Origin: Deltaproteobacteria bacterium
GTDB taxonomy: Bacteria > Myxococcota_A > Polyangia > Polyangiales > Houyiibacteriaceae
Assembly: GCA_034670305.1 (NCBI GenBank)
Contig: JAXMNT010000041.1
Coordinates: 1 to 64,000 of the forward strand
Direction of reading: 5' to 3'
Length of the DNA stretch: 64,000 bases
Every line of letters begins with the position of its first letter. The stretch's first letter is position 1. The notes under the pieces are model-generated. The model saw nothing but the letters and a program-made list of their open reading frames with translations. It was not told where the DNA came from and made no database searches. The translations under genes and the position numbers were made by a program. Shown here piece after piece: positions 18,755 through 28,395 of this stretch.

Positions 18755-21700
18755 TTAGCCGAGCAGGGCGGTCAGGGCGCGGGGTTCGGCGCTTTCGCGG
18801 TAGCGGACGACGTGTTCTTTGCGCATCGCGGTGGCGCGGCGTTCGAGCGCGTCTCGGGCGCGGTCTCGAGCCTCCGAGGTCGCGTCCGGATCGCACTGCA
18901 GGCGCGCGCGCCAGACGAACACCGCGTCGCCTTCCATGCCGACGAGTGCGCCGATGGCGTCGGTCGCTTCGCGTGCGCAGGCGGCGGCGGCCTCGTGGCC
19001 GAGGCCGTGGAGTGCGAGCGCCTTCGCGGCCAGGCAGAGCACGCGCAGCGGCGGGATGCCTTCGACGGCTTCGAGTGCGCGCTCGGCGGCTTCGTGTGCG
19101 GCCGTCATGTCGCCGCTGCGCTGCGCGATGCGGCTGAGGTAGAACCACGCGCCGCCGATCAGCGGGGGGCTCGAGAGATTCTTGCCGAGCTCGAGCGCTT
19201 CGTATTGCAGCGCGCGGCCGGCGTCGAGGTCGCCGAGTTGCGCGGTGGCCCAGCCGAGGTTTTGGAGCGCGAACCCTTCAACGAAGGAGAGGCCGAGCCG
19301 GCGCGAGGACTCCCGTGCGATGACCAGGGCCGTCTGGGCTTCTTCGAGCGCGCCGATCTCCATCCAGCCGTAGCCGAGACGCACGCGTTGGTTGCTCGCG
19401 TGCCGCTGGTCGCCGGCCTGGTCGTAGGCCTGCACCGCGGCGGCGGTGTGGTCGAGGTAGACGCTGACGTTGCCCGCGTGAAGCGCGCGCGCCGCGGCGG
19501 TGGTCTCGCGCCATGCGATCGAGACGACGTCGCCGAGCGCCGCTTCGTTGGCCGCTTCGATGAGCGCGTCGGCGGCATCGAGCTGTCCGCGTCCGAGCAT
19601 CTGGTGTGCCCCGCGGCAGAGCGCGATCAGTCGCTCGCGCGCGGCGTCGAAGGAGCCGTCGGCCGTCACCCGCGCACGCTCGGTGTACTCGTCGACCACC
19701 TTCGCTTCGCCGGTGATGCCCGCCGACACGAGCCCGTTGCCGAGCGCCTGGAAGTAGGGCGCGGTCCCCGGTGTCAGGTGGTCGAGCGCGTCCCGCGCGA
19801 ACGCGGCGGCGAGCGCGTACTCGCCGCGCCACCGGTGCGCTTCGGCGCCGAGCAGGGCGAGTTCTCCGAGAAGCGCCGCGTTCGACGCACCGCGCGCGGC
19901 TTCGCTCCGCCCGGACTCGGCGAGCCCCGCCGCGCGCTCGAGATCGCTCGCTTCGAGCGCGCGGCTGGCGGCTTCTGCGAACGCTTGAGCGGCTCGGTCG
20001 GGCGAGTCGCCGCGGCTGAAGTGGTGCGCGAGGATCTCGGGGTCGGAGACGCCGTGCCCTTGCGACCACGCCTCTTGCAGCCAGTCGGCCGCGAGCCGGT
20101 GCCCGAGCGTGCGGTCCTCGTCGGTCAACATCGCGTACGCGGCGTCGCGCACTGCGCTCTGCCGGAAGACCCACTCGGTCTCTCCCGCGATCGCGCTGAC
20201 TTCGCGGCGCGTCAGCAGCTCGTCGTCGGCGAACGTCGAGAGCCACCGGTCCGCGCCGATCTCGCCCGCCCCCGCCCGCCCGAGGAGCCGTTGCACCGCG
20301 CCGGTCCAGAAGCGGGCGCCAAGCACACTGGCGGCGCGGAGCACGCGGCGTCCACTTCCGTCCATCGCGGTCAGGCGCGTTTCGATCATGCCGAGCACGC
20401 TGTCGGGCAGGTCGCCGTCGCCTTCGCCGCGGCCGACGGCGCGCACGAGCTCCTCGAGAAAGAACGCGTTCCCATCGCCGCGCTCGACGATGCGATCGAC
20501 GCTCTCGTCGTCCGCATCTTCCAGTGCGGCGCGCACGAGTTTGCCCGCAGCCCGGCGGGTCAGCCGAGCGAGCCGCACTTCTTGTAGGTCGCGCTCCGCC
20601 CACAGATCCGGGAAACGTTCGCGGGCTTCGGGGCGTCCGGTGGCGACCACGAAGAGCGGCGCTTCTTCCAGTCGCCGCAGGAGCCCGTCGACCGCGTGCA
20701 CGGTGGGCTGGTCGGCCCATTGGAGATCCTCGAGCACGAGCACGACGGGTTGGGCGGCGCACTCGAGCGCCATCCAATCTTCGAGCGCGCTGCGCACGCC
20801 GTCGCTCATCAGCTGCGGATCGTGACGCGCGGCTTCGAGCGCGGGAAGCACGTCTTTTTGAAACGGCACCCGAACGAGCTCCCCGAGGAACACCGTCAGC
20901 CGCGCGCGTTCGGCGCCGACGGCGACCCGTGCCACGTGGCTCGCGAGTTTGCGCCGCCGGATCTCGAGCGGCTCGCCGTCGATGATGTCCGCGCTGCGCC
21001 GAATCGCGGACGCGAGGGCGGCGTAGGGCGCGCCTTGCATTGGATCGGCCGCGCCGAACATCAAGGTGTGCGGTGCGTCGATGCGTTCCAGCAGTTCTTC
21101 GACCACCCGCGTCTTGCCACCACCGGCCGGCGCCTCCACCCACACGACACGCGCGACCGGCTCTTCGGTCGCCTCTTCGAAGATCGCCTCGAGGGTGCCG
21201 AGCTCGCGCCGCCGCCCCATGCACGCGACCTCGCGGCCGAGCAGGGTGCGGCGCGCGCGTTCCACCGGGCGCATGCGGTGCAGCCGGCGCAGGCCGGCGT
21301 CTCCGGTGCGAAAGAACCGTTCGTCGAGCAGTCCGTCCACCACGTCGTCGATGCGGATCGCTCGGGGTCCGGGCTCGGCCTCGGGTGGGTCGACGACGGT
21401 GTCCGAGAGTGCGGCGGCGCCCCGGTCGATGACCTCGCCGGCGGGCAGGCGCGAGGTCACGACGCTGCGCCCAGCGACCACGGCGATCGGGGCTTCCGGC
21501 AACACCGCGCGCAGCGCGAGCGCGAGCCGGGCCGCGCGTTCGGCTTGATCCGTCACCACGCCGCGGCTGCCGATGCTGGCGACCATCGAGCCGTCGGCGA
21601 CCAACTCGACCGCGGCGCCGTGCGATTGCGCGAGCTCGCGCAGCTCGCCGTGCAGGTCGCCGCTGAGTTCGTCGGTCGAGAGCACCGTGGGCGCGCTGGC

Positions 21701-22738
21701 GCCGTAGCCGCCCACGTCCGCGACCATGACCACACAGAGCAGCCGCTGCTCCGAGGTCCCGAGCGCAGGCGGCAGGCTGGGGCGCGCCTTGCGTGCGCTC
21801 AGCGTCTCCAAGTCGAGTGCGTCGAGACCGGCCACCACACCGGCGCCGTCTTCCGGGCGCGCGGCGGGATCTTTTGCGAGCATCGACATCACGAACTGTT
21901 CGACCGGCTCGGGGAGGTTCGGCACCGCGAGCGCGGGCGCGTCTTCGAGGAGGATCTTGGCGAGCACCGCGAGCGCCGTGTCGCCTTCGAACGGGCGCCG
22001 GCCGCTCAGACACTCGTAGAGCACGACGCCGAGCGCGTACACGTCGGTCCGGGCGTCGACCCGCTTGTCGGCGCGCGCTTGTTCGGGCGACATGTAGTGC
22101 GGGGTGCCGATGGCGGCGCCGGTGGCGGTGAGGGTGTGTCCCCGGCCCATCTGGCGCGCGATGCCGAAGTCGAGCACCCGGCAGACCGCGGCCGGCGGCG
22201 TCGGTGCGCGGGGCGTGCCCGAACCGACCGTGGTGCCTTTGGTCTCCGACGCCTCGGCCGACGCCTCGCCCGCTTCTTCTGCCGTGCCCTGGGTGTCGAG
22301 GAAGAGGTTGGCCGGCTTGAGATCCCGATGCACCACACCGCGCGCGTGCGCGTCGGCGAGTGCGGCCGCGGCCTGACGGATCATGGAGACCGCTTCGGCG
22401 GGATCGAGACCACCGCGCTGCAACTTCTCGGCGACGGTCATGCCCTCGAGCCACTCCATCGCGAGCCACACTTTGCCCGCGGCCGTGCCGCTCTCCGGGC
22501 CCGCGACCCCGTGCGCGACGTACCGCACGATGCCCGGGTGGCCGAGCTGCTTGAGGAGGGTGGCTTCGCGTTCGAAGCGGGTGATGTCGACGACGTTCGA
22601 AGACCGCAGGAGCTTGACCGCCACGCGCTGTCCGGTGAGTCGATCGATCGCCTCGTGCACGACGCCCATGCCGCCTGCCCCGACGATGCGCCCGAGTTCG
22701 AACCGGTCTGCGAGCACCAGGTGGGGCGGCGGGATCAT
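18755..22738 (-). CDS. Ser/Thr kinase - degenerate cyclase-like - AAA ATPase - TPR multidomain protein
   Basis: VGAGGMGVV, HRDLKPAN, DFG, GTPHYMSPE; Walker A APAGGGKT, Walker B VLVLEDLQWAD; TPR-like C-terminus; ATG overlaps the upstream stop (ATGA). Confidence 0.92.
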   Translation of the reverse strand: MIPPPHLVLADRFELGRIVGAGGMGVVHEAIDRLTGQRVAVKLLRSSNVVDITRFEREATLLKQLGHPGIVRYVAHGVAGPESGTAAGKVWLAMEWLEGMTVAEKLQRGGLDPAEAVSMIRQAAAALADAHARGVVHRDLKPANLFLDTQGTAEEAGEASAEASETKGTTVGSGTPRAPTPPAAVCRVLDFGIARQMGRGHTLTATGAAIGTPHYMSPEQARADKRVDARTDVYALGVVLYECLSGRRPFEGDTALAVLAKILLEDAPALAVPNLPEPVEQFVMSMLAKDPAARPEDGAGVVAGLDALDLETLSARKARPSLPPALGTSEQRLLCVVMVADVGGYGASAPTVLSTDELSGDLHGELRELAQSHGAAVELVADGSMVASIGSRGVVTDQAERAARLALALRAVLPEAPIAVVAGRSVVTSRLPAGEVIDRGAAALSDTVVDPPEAEPGPRAIRIDDVVDGLLDERFFRTGDAGLRRLHRMRPVERARRTLLGREVACMGRRRELGTLEAIFEEATEEPVARVVWVEAPAGGGKTRVVEELLERIDAPHTLMFGAADPMQGAPYAALASAIRRSADIIDGEPLEIRRRKLASHVARVAVGAERARLTVFLGELVRVPFQKDVLPALEAARHDPQLMSDGVRSALEDWMALECAAQPVVLVLEDLQWADQPTVHAVDGLLRRLEEAPLFVVATGRPEARERFPDLWAERDLQEVRLARLTRRAAGKLVRAALEDADDESVDRIVERGDGNAFFLEELVRAVGRGEGDGDLPDSVLGMIETRLTAMDGSGRRVLRAASVLGARFWTGAVQRLLGRAGAGEIGADRWLSTFADDELLTRREVSAIAGETEWVFRQSAVRDAAYAMLTDEDRTLGHRLAADWLQEAWSQGHGVSDPEILAHHFSRGDSPDRAAQAFAEAASRALEASDLERAAGLAESGRSEAARGASNAALLGELALLGAEAHRWRGEYALAAAFARDALDHLTPGTAPYFQALGNGLVSAGITGEAKVVDEYTERARVTADGSFDAARERLIALCRGAHQMLGRGQLDAADALIEAANEAALGDVVSIAWRETTAAARALHAGNVSVYLDHTAAAVQAYDQAGDQRHASNQRVRLGYGWMEIGALEEAQTALVIARESSRRLGLSFVEGFALQNLGWATAQLGDLDAGRALQYEALELGKNLSSPPLIGGAWFYLSRIAQRSGDMTAAHEAAERALEAVEGIPPLRVLCLAAKALALHGLGHEAAAACAREATDAIGALVGMEGDAVFVWRARLQCDPDATSEARDRARDALERRATAMRKEHVVRYRESAEPRALTALLG

Positions 22739-24219
22739 TCGACCGCGACCACGGTCTGGCTGGGCCCGTTCACCGACACGACCGCGCCTCCCCGTCGCGG
22801 GTCCCCGAGCCCTTCGGAGGTTCCGTCCCGGCGCAAGACCGCCTGCACCCCGCCAAAGAAGAAGGCGCGCTCCGGGAACGGATGCACGTGTTCGAACACT
22901 TCGCGGAGCGCCGCGATCGTCTGGTCCGGCTCGCCGCGTTCCGGCATCTCGAGCCACACGTCCTTCTCTTCGGCGTGGATGCGAGGGGCGAAGATCGCGT
23001 CGTACAGGCTGGCTCCGGCCCCCACCGCGCGCAGCACTTGTGAGACGACGCTGCGAATGCGGTTGGCGCCGCCGCTGCCGAGCGCGAGCACCGCGCCGTT
23101 CTTTGTGCGTGCGATGGTCGGGGCGATCGCCGAGGGCAAGGGATCACCGGGCGCATGAAGAAAGAAGCCGTCGGGGTTCAGGTCGGCTTCCCCGAGGAAG
23201 TTGTTCATCTGCACGCCGGTCTCGGGGACCAAGTACCCGCAGCCTTCGCCGTTGGTGAGCGTGAGGCTCGCGGCCCCCCCGTACTGGTCGAGGGCACTGA
23301 TGTGGGTCGTGCCGCCGAGCAGCGAACCCGGGTCCTTCGCGCGGTGGCCGGCGCGGCACGCGTGGGCCAGCGCGAGCGCAGTCTCCATCGGGCTCGGGGC
23401 CTCGGCTTCGGCATCGAACGCGGCGAGCGCGGAGACGATGACCTCGATGAGCCGACCGCCGAGACGCGGAGAGCCGAGCACCTCCCAGCGGTCGTCGCCG
23501 AGGGTCACCTCGAACCGGCGCGGCGCCACGACCTGCGGTTTCGCGACGAGATCATCGGCGGTCAACGATCCGCCCACCGTGCGACCGAACTCGCCGAGCA
23601 ATCGGTCGCGGAACTCGGTCGCGGCGCCGGTCTTGGCGTAGGTCTCGAGCAGCGCCGCCATCGGTGGGATGGCGAGGCGTTCGCCCGAGCGCGGGGGCAT
23701 GCCGTCTTTCGAGTAGAGCGCGCACGTGTCCGGATGCAGCACGTTGATCGGCCAGAGCAGCCGGAACACCTCCGCGGACTGGGGGCTCAGCGGCGCGCCA
23801 TGGCGGGCCAGTGCGATCGCGGGCGCGACGCAGGCCTCGAGCGGGAGCCGGCCGTACCGCTGGCTGGCGAGCGCCAGACCTTCGAGTGCGAGCGGCGGCG
23901 CGGCGGAACCTCGCCCGACGTGGAACTCTTGGGTGGCGGAACCGAAGTCGATGAGCACCGAGACGAAGTCGCGCGGCACGTCGGTCGGCGCGGCGCCGCG
24001 TCCGGGCGCTTCGGAGAAGAAGTCCACCACGACCGGTGCTTCGCCGTCCGGGGCGATCGTGAGCATGCCGGCGCCGCCGGCGCTCGCCAGAAGGGGTTCG
24101 CTGACGAACGACGCGAGCCCGCCTGCGATGGCGGCATCGACCGCGTTGCCACCTTCGCGCAACACCGACGCCGCAGCTTCGGCGGTGTGCGGGTTGCCTG
24201 CTGCTACGACACCGGACAC
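22735..24219 (-). CDS. ggt: gamma-glutamyltransferase family protein (no signal peptide)
   Basis: GGNAVDAAIA, GTTHISALD (Ntn Thr), NNFLGE, LGSGGANRI, GDPRRGG. Confidence 0.88.
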   Translation of the reverse strand: MSGVVAAGNPHTAEAAASVLREGGNAVDAAIAGGLASFVSEPLLASAGGAGMLTIAPDGEAPVVVDFFSEAPGRGAAPTDVPRDFVSVLIDFGSATQEFHVGRGSAAPPLALEGLALASQRYGRLPLEACVAPAIALARHGAPLSPQSAEVFRLLWPINVLHPDTCALYSKDGMPPRSGERLAIPPMAALLETYAKTGAATEFRDRLLGEFGRTVGGSLTADDLVAKPQVVAPRRFEVTLGDDRWEVLGSPRLGGRLIEVIVSALAAFDAEAEAPSPMETALALAHACRAGHRAKDPGSLLGGTTHISALDQYGGAASLTLTNGEGCGYLVPETGVQMNNFLGEADLNPDGFFLHAPGDPLPSAIAPTIARTKNGAVLALGSGGANRIRSVVSQVLRAVGAGASLYDAIFAPRIHAEEKDVWLEMPERGEPDQTIAALREVFEHVHPFPERAFFFGGVQAVLRRDGTSEGLGDPRRGGAVVSVNGPSQTVVAVE

Positions 24220-24455
24220 GGCCGCGGACTATACGCGATCGACGTCGCTCTTGGGCCCGCAAGCGAAGCCGCAGAGGTTCAAGCTGGCCGTCTTGCCCTT
24301 GCGCTTGTCCGCCAAGGCAGGGGCTGCCGCTCGCCTCCGCAGCCGATGGTGGACACGACGAGGAGGACGGTGAGACGGAGATGCACGGAGTGTTTCTACG
24401 CTTTGGCGACGGTGGTTCTTCCACAGGTCGTTCGACCCGCGTGCGACGCTCCCCG

Positions 24456-25466
24456 CTACTCCGACTCTTCGTCGTCTTCGCCGCCGGGACCGGCGTCGTC
24501 TACGCCCGCATCCAGGATGGCTTCGGTTCCTGGGCGGGCCATCTCTTTGGCGTCCATGAACGCGCGCATCACGCGGGGCGAGGTTCGGACGCTGTCCATC
24601 TGCATGTCCGGCTGCCGGTCGAGCGCCGCGCGAAACGCGTCGCGCGCGAGGTCGGGCCGGGCGAGCGCGACGTAGGCGGTGCCGAGGTGCCGTTGAATGG
24701 TCACCACCTGGTTGCCGGTCAGCGACTCCGCGCCGAGGAGCCGGTTGCCGAGCGCGACCGTCTCGGTGAAGCGGCCGTGGCGCAGGTGCTCGCGCATGCC
24801 CGGCAGCTCTTGTTCGATCCGCTCTTGGAGTTCCCGGAGGCCGCCCGCTTGCGGGGCACTGCCGGTCTCTTCTTCGATGATGTGTCGGCCTTCTTCGCTC
24901 AGCGAGAGATCCGTCAGCGGCACGAGCACGATCTGTCCACGGGTGAGCCGGTTGAAGCGCAGGTTGTTGAAGCGGCGGAGGCGGCGCGCGTGTTCGACGC
25001 CGGAGCCGTGGTAGGTCTTCGCGATCCGCAGCACGTTCTCGCCCTGCGCCGTCACATGGCGGAGCGGGTAGGGCACGACGAGCTGCGCGCCCACGTCGGG
25101 TTGCTCCGCCTGCGAGCCGTGGTTCGCCTCGACCAGGATGAACGCGCGACGCGCGTCGCCGTAGAAACGGCGGGCGAGCTCGGCCCAGGTCTCGCCCTGC
25201 TGGACTTCGTGAAAGCTCACGTGCGGGATCTGCAGCCGCAGGCCGACTTCGATCGGCGCGCCGCCCTGAGCGGTCAGCCCATTCTCGGCCACCAGCACGT
25301 TCTCGCGGCGCGGGTCGCCGTAGTAGCGCTCGGCGATCGACGCGAGGGTCTCGCCTTCCCGCACGACGTGTTGGTACCCGCGGTCCGCCCGCGCCGACGT
25401 CAGCCATCCGACCAAGAGGAAGGAGCCGACCAGGCTGGCGGCGAGCGCCCATCGCACGCGGGTCAT
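24456..25466 (-). CDS. secreted LysM-repeat protein with C-terminal TPR
   Basis: Signal peptide; HVVREGETLASIAERYYGD, HEVQQGETWAELARRFYGD; LGTAYVAL..ARDAFRAAL. Confidence 0.85.
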   Translation of the reverse strand: MTRVRWALAASLVGSFLLVGWLTSARADRGYQHVVREGETLASIAERYYGDPRRENVLVAENGLTAQGGAPIEVGLRLQIPHVSFHEVQQGETWAELARRFYGDARRAFILVEANHGSQAEQPDVGAQLVVPYPLRHVTAQGENVLRIAKTYHGSGVEHARRLRRFNNLRFNRLTRGQIVLVPLTDLSLSEEGRHIIEEETGSAPQAGGLRELQERIEQELPGMREHLRHGRFTETVALGNRLLGAESLTGNQVVTIQRHLGTAYVALARPDLARDAFRAALDRQPDMQMDSVRTSPRVMRAFMDAKEMARPGTEAILDAGVDDAGPGGEDDEESE

Positions 25467-26809
25467 TCCGAACCCTCCGAGGGCTCTTCGCCGTCGAGCA
25501 CGTGCAGCGGCTGAAGTTCGACCTCCACCGTCTCGGTCTCTTCCGTAACGATGCGAACTTCGGTCTGGAACTCCTGGTAGTACGGGTTGATGAACTTCAG
25601 GTAGTGCGTGCCCGGGCTCAGCGCGATCGGCTGCGCGGTCGGGGTCGTGACCACGTGCTGTCCATCGATGTAGACGTCCGCCCAGGGGTCGACCACGACG
25701 CGCAAGAACCCGGCGCGCTCGGGCACCACCGGGCTCTGTCCGGGCGAGACAAAACTCTCCGCGTCCTCGTCGAAGCGTCCGGTGCCGGCTTGAATCACAC
25801 CGCCCGCGCCGACGATGCCGGCAAAGAGCAGCGTGCTGAAGAACGTCGCGTGCCGGACGAGACGTTTGTCCTTCATGCCGCTGCGGCGCACGTTCCTTGG
25901 CGCGCCGGCCGCCAGCATCTCGTCCGCGGCGCTGTCCGTCAGGATGCCGACGTCGCGCTGGAACATGACAAGGCGCGCCGAGTAGTTCATCGCCACCCGC
26001 GGCGCGAGGAACTCCTGCAGGTCGTCGATGAGCGCCTGCGTGGTCGGGTACCGGTTCGCCGGCATCTTCTCCATGCAGCGTCCGAGGATCCGCTCGAGCT
26101 GCCGCGGCACCTTCGGGTTGATCTTGCGGGGCGACACGTACCGATCGAGCCGGATCTTCTGCATCACGGTGCGGGCTTCGTCTTCGACGAAGGGCTTCTG
26201 CCCCGTGACCATCTGGTAGAGCACGATGCCCACGCTGAAGAGGTCGGATCGGAAGTCGAGTTTGTCGCCGAGGATCTGTTCCGGGCTCATGTAGCTCGGG
26301 GTGCCGAGCCCGGTGCCGGTCTCGGTCAGGTCGCTGAGCGTCTCGTCCCGCGCGATGCCGAAGTCCATCAACTTCACCTCGCCCTGGCGCGAGATCATGA
26401 TGTTGGCGGGTTTGATGTCGCGGTGAATGATCCCGCGGAAGTGGGCGTAGTCGAGCGCGCGCGCGACCTGGAGTGCCGCAATGGCCGCGACTTCGGGCGG
26501 AAGGGTGGGCGAGTGCTCGAGCAGATCGTAGAGATCGATGCCTTCGACGAACTCCATGATGATGTACATGGAGCGGCCGTCCTTCACGAAGTCGACCACG
26601 TGAAGAATGTTCTCGTGCTGGAGCGACGCCATGAAGTGCGCCTCGCGCTCGAAACGCTTGGCGAACTGGCTGTCCATCGCGATGGACGGCTTGAGTGCCT
26701 TGATCGCGACGATGCGGCCCAGCGGCTCCTGGATGGCCTTGTAGACCACGGCCATCCCGCCGCTGCCGATCTCGCCGAGAATGCGGCAGTTGCCGATGCG
26801 GTCGCTCAT
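25463..26809 (-). CDS. membrane Ser/Thr protein kinase with PEGA domain
   Basis: IGSGGMAVV, HRDIKPAN, DFG, GTPSYMSPE; TM; PWADVYIDG..TP PEGA motif. Confidence 0.93.
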   Translation of the reverse strand: MSDRIGNCRILGEIGSGGMAVVYKAIQEPLGRIVAIKALKPSIAMDSQFAKRFEREAHFMASLQHENILHVVDFVKDGRSMYIIMEFVEGIDLYDLLEHSPTLPPEVAAIAALQVARALDYAHFRGIIHRDIKPANIMISRQGEVKLMDFGIARDETLSDLTETGTGLGTPSYMSPEQILGDKLDFRSDLFSVGIVLYQMVTGQKPFVEDEARTVMQKIRLDRYVSPRKINPKVPRQLERILGRCMEKMPANRYPTTQALIDDLQEFLAPRVAMNYSARLVMFQRDVGILTDSAADEMLAAGAPRNVRRSGMKDKRLVRHATFFSTLLFAGIVGAGGVIQAGTGRFDEDAESFVSPGQSPVVPERAGFLRVVVDPWADVYIDGQHVVTTPTAQPIALSPGTHYLKFINPYYQEFQTEVRIVTEETETVEVELQPLHVLDGEEPSEGSE

Positions 26810-26919
26810 CCGAAGGAGGCGAAGGTACGGAGACAACGCCCTCGGTGTCAACGGAGGTCTCGTGCCGCGAACGGGTTGAAGTTGACCTGGACGGGCCGGC
26901 GGACCCAGGATGGCGGCTC

Positions 26920-28362
26920 GTGTTGGACCGCGACGTCGACGACCCGATGCTGGCCCAGCGCTGTGTCGATCAAGAACCCGGGGCGTGGGATCTGCTCGTG
27001 GCGCGCTTCGAGGGGCCCGCGCGTATGGTCACCGCCCGGGTGCTCGACGAGCGCCGGGACACCTTCGATCTGGTGGAACTCGGGCCTTTGGTCGAGAAGG
27101 TGTGGGGCCGGTTGCGCCGGCGGGACGCGGCTGCGCTGCAGCTTTGGCGGGGTCAGCGGCTCTTGCCCTACCTCTGTCTGCTGACCCGGCTCGAAGTGGA
27201 GCGGGCGGTCACCGATCAGACCCCCGCGGTCTCCCTGGTGGCGCCGCTGCCCACCCCGGTGTCCATCAGCCGCGACACCGTGGCCGAGCCGGTCACCCTC
27301 CGGGTGATCGACTCGCTGCGCCGCCTCCCGCCCCGCAATACGGTGCTGATCCGGCTGCGTCAGCATGGGCTCGGGCTCGAGGAGATCGCACTCACGGTCG
27401 GCAGCCCGGAGCACGCGGTCGAAGAAGAGCTCCAGCGGATCGCCGGCCACCTGGCCAAACGGCTCGACGACGACGCGGAGACCTGGCGGGTGACCCTCGA
27501 CTGCGCCGACATCGCCGAAGCGGTGCAGGTGGCCATCCGGACCGAAGAAGATGGTGCCTACCGCCGGCGGCGGACCCGCGCGGAGACGATCTGGCGGCAG
27601 CTCGGACACGCCCTTCGGGGGGCCAACCTCGGCGCGTTGCCCGCCTCGCAGGGGGGACCGCTCCAGGATCCGGCGGCGGTCGCTCGGTTCGTCGATGGAT
27701 CGATGAAGGGGTCGGAACGGACCCAGGCCGAAGGCCATCTGATGGGGGACGGGCAGGTGGTCGACCAGGTCGCCGCTCTGCTGACGGATCTGGGCGCGGT
27801 CGAGTGGCTCCGGCGTGGCAGCCACCTGCCCGAGGCGTTGAGTCTCGCGGCCGGGTCGATCGGCGCGGGTCGCTTCCGGCTCGCCACCAAGGTGCTGGCC
27901 GCGGCCCGCCGCGAAGAAGCAGCGCCCAAGAGCGAGCGTGCGATGGCCCTCCTCGGCCGCCTGGCGCGGGTGGGCCTCTCGCTCCAGCGAGGCGAAGGCC
28001 GTGCGGCCACGTTGCCCGAAAAGGAGGCGTTGCCGCACGACGACGAAGCGCCGCTCGTCGCATTCGAAGCGTTGATTCACCAGGATCCGGAGACCGCCCG
28101 CCACGCGATCGACGACTATGCGGTGAAGCAGACCATCGGCCGCCGGTTGCGATTGCTCGCATCGGGATCCGGCGCCGACCTGGCCGAGGCGCGTGCCGAC
28201 GCCGAGCGCATCGTCCGCTGGACGAGCCCGGACCCAGGGGTGCTCGAGGACGCGTGGGCGGTGTTGGCGCTCCCCCAAGGCCGGGCGCTGCCGTGGGAGA
28301 TCGCGACCGCTCGGCTGCGGGATGCCCTAGCCGACGCGGTACGCTTTCTGCTCTCGCGCTAG
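26920..28362 (+). CDS. ECF-sigma-like protein with long C-terminal extension (degenerate ZAS-like segment)
   Basis: DDPMLAQRC..AWDLLVARF (region 2-like); LRRLPPRNTVLIRLR..GLGLEEIALTVG (region 4-like); ARFVDGSM...EGHL; start uncertain (GTG 26920 or 26845). Confidence 0.65.
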   Translation: MLDRDVDDPMLAQRCVDQEPGAWDLLVARFEGPARMVTARVLDERRDTFDLVELGPLVEKVWGRLRRRDAAALQLWRGQRLLPYLCLLTRLEVERAVTDQTPAVSLVAPLPTPVSISRDTVAEPVTLRVIDSLRRLPPRNTVLIRLRQHGLGLEEIALTVGSPEHAVEEELQRIAGHLAKRLDDDAETWRVTLDCADIAEAVQVAIRTEEDGAYRRRRTRAETIWRQLGHALRGANLGALPASQGGPLQDPAAVARFVDGSMKGSERTQAEGHLMGDGQVVDQVAALLTDLGAVEWLRRGSHLPEALSLAAGSIGAGRFRLATKVLAAARREEAAPKSERAMALLGRLARVGLSLQRGEGRAATLPEKEALPHDDEAPLVAFEALIHQDPETARHAIDDYAVKQTIGRRLRLLASGSGADLAEARADAERIVRWTSPDPGVLEDAWAVLALPQGRALPWEIATARLRDALADAVRFLLSR

Positions 28363-28395
28363 ACCGCGCCTACGAACGCCGGTAGGTGTACCCCG

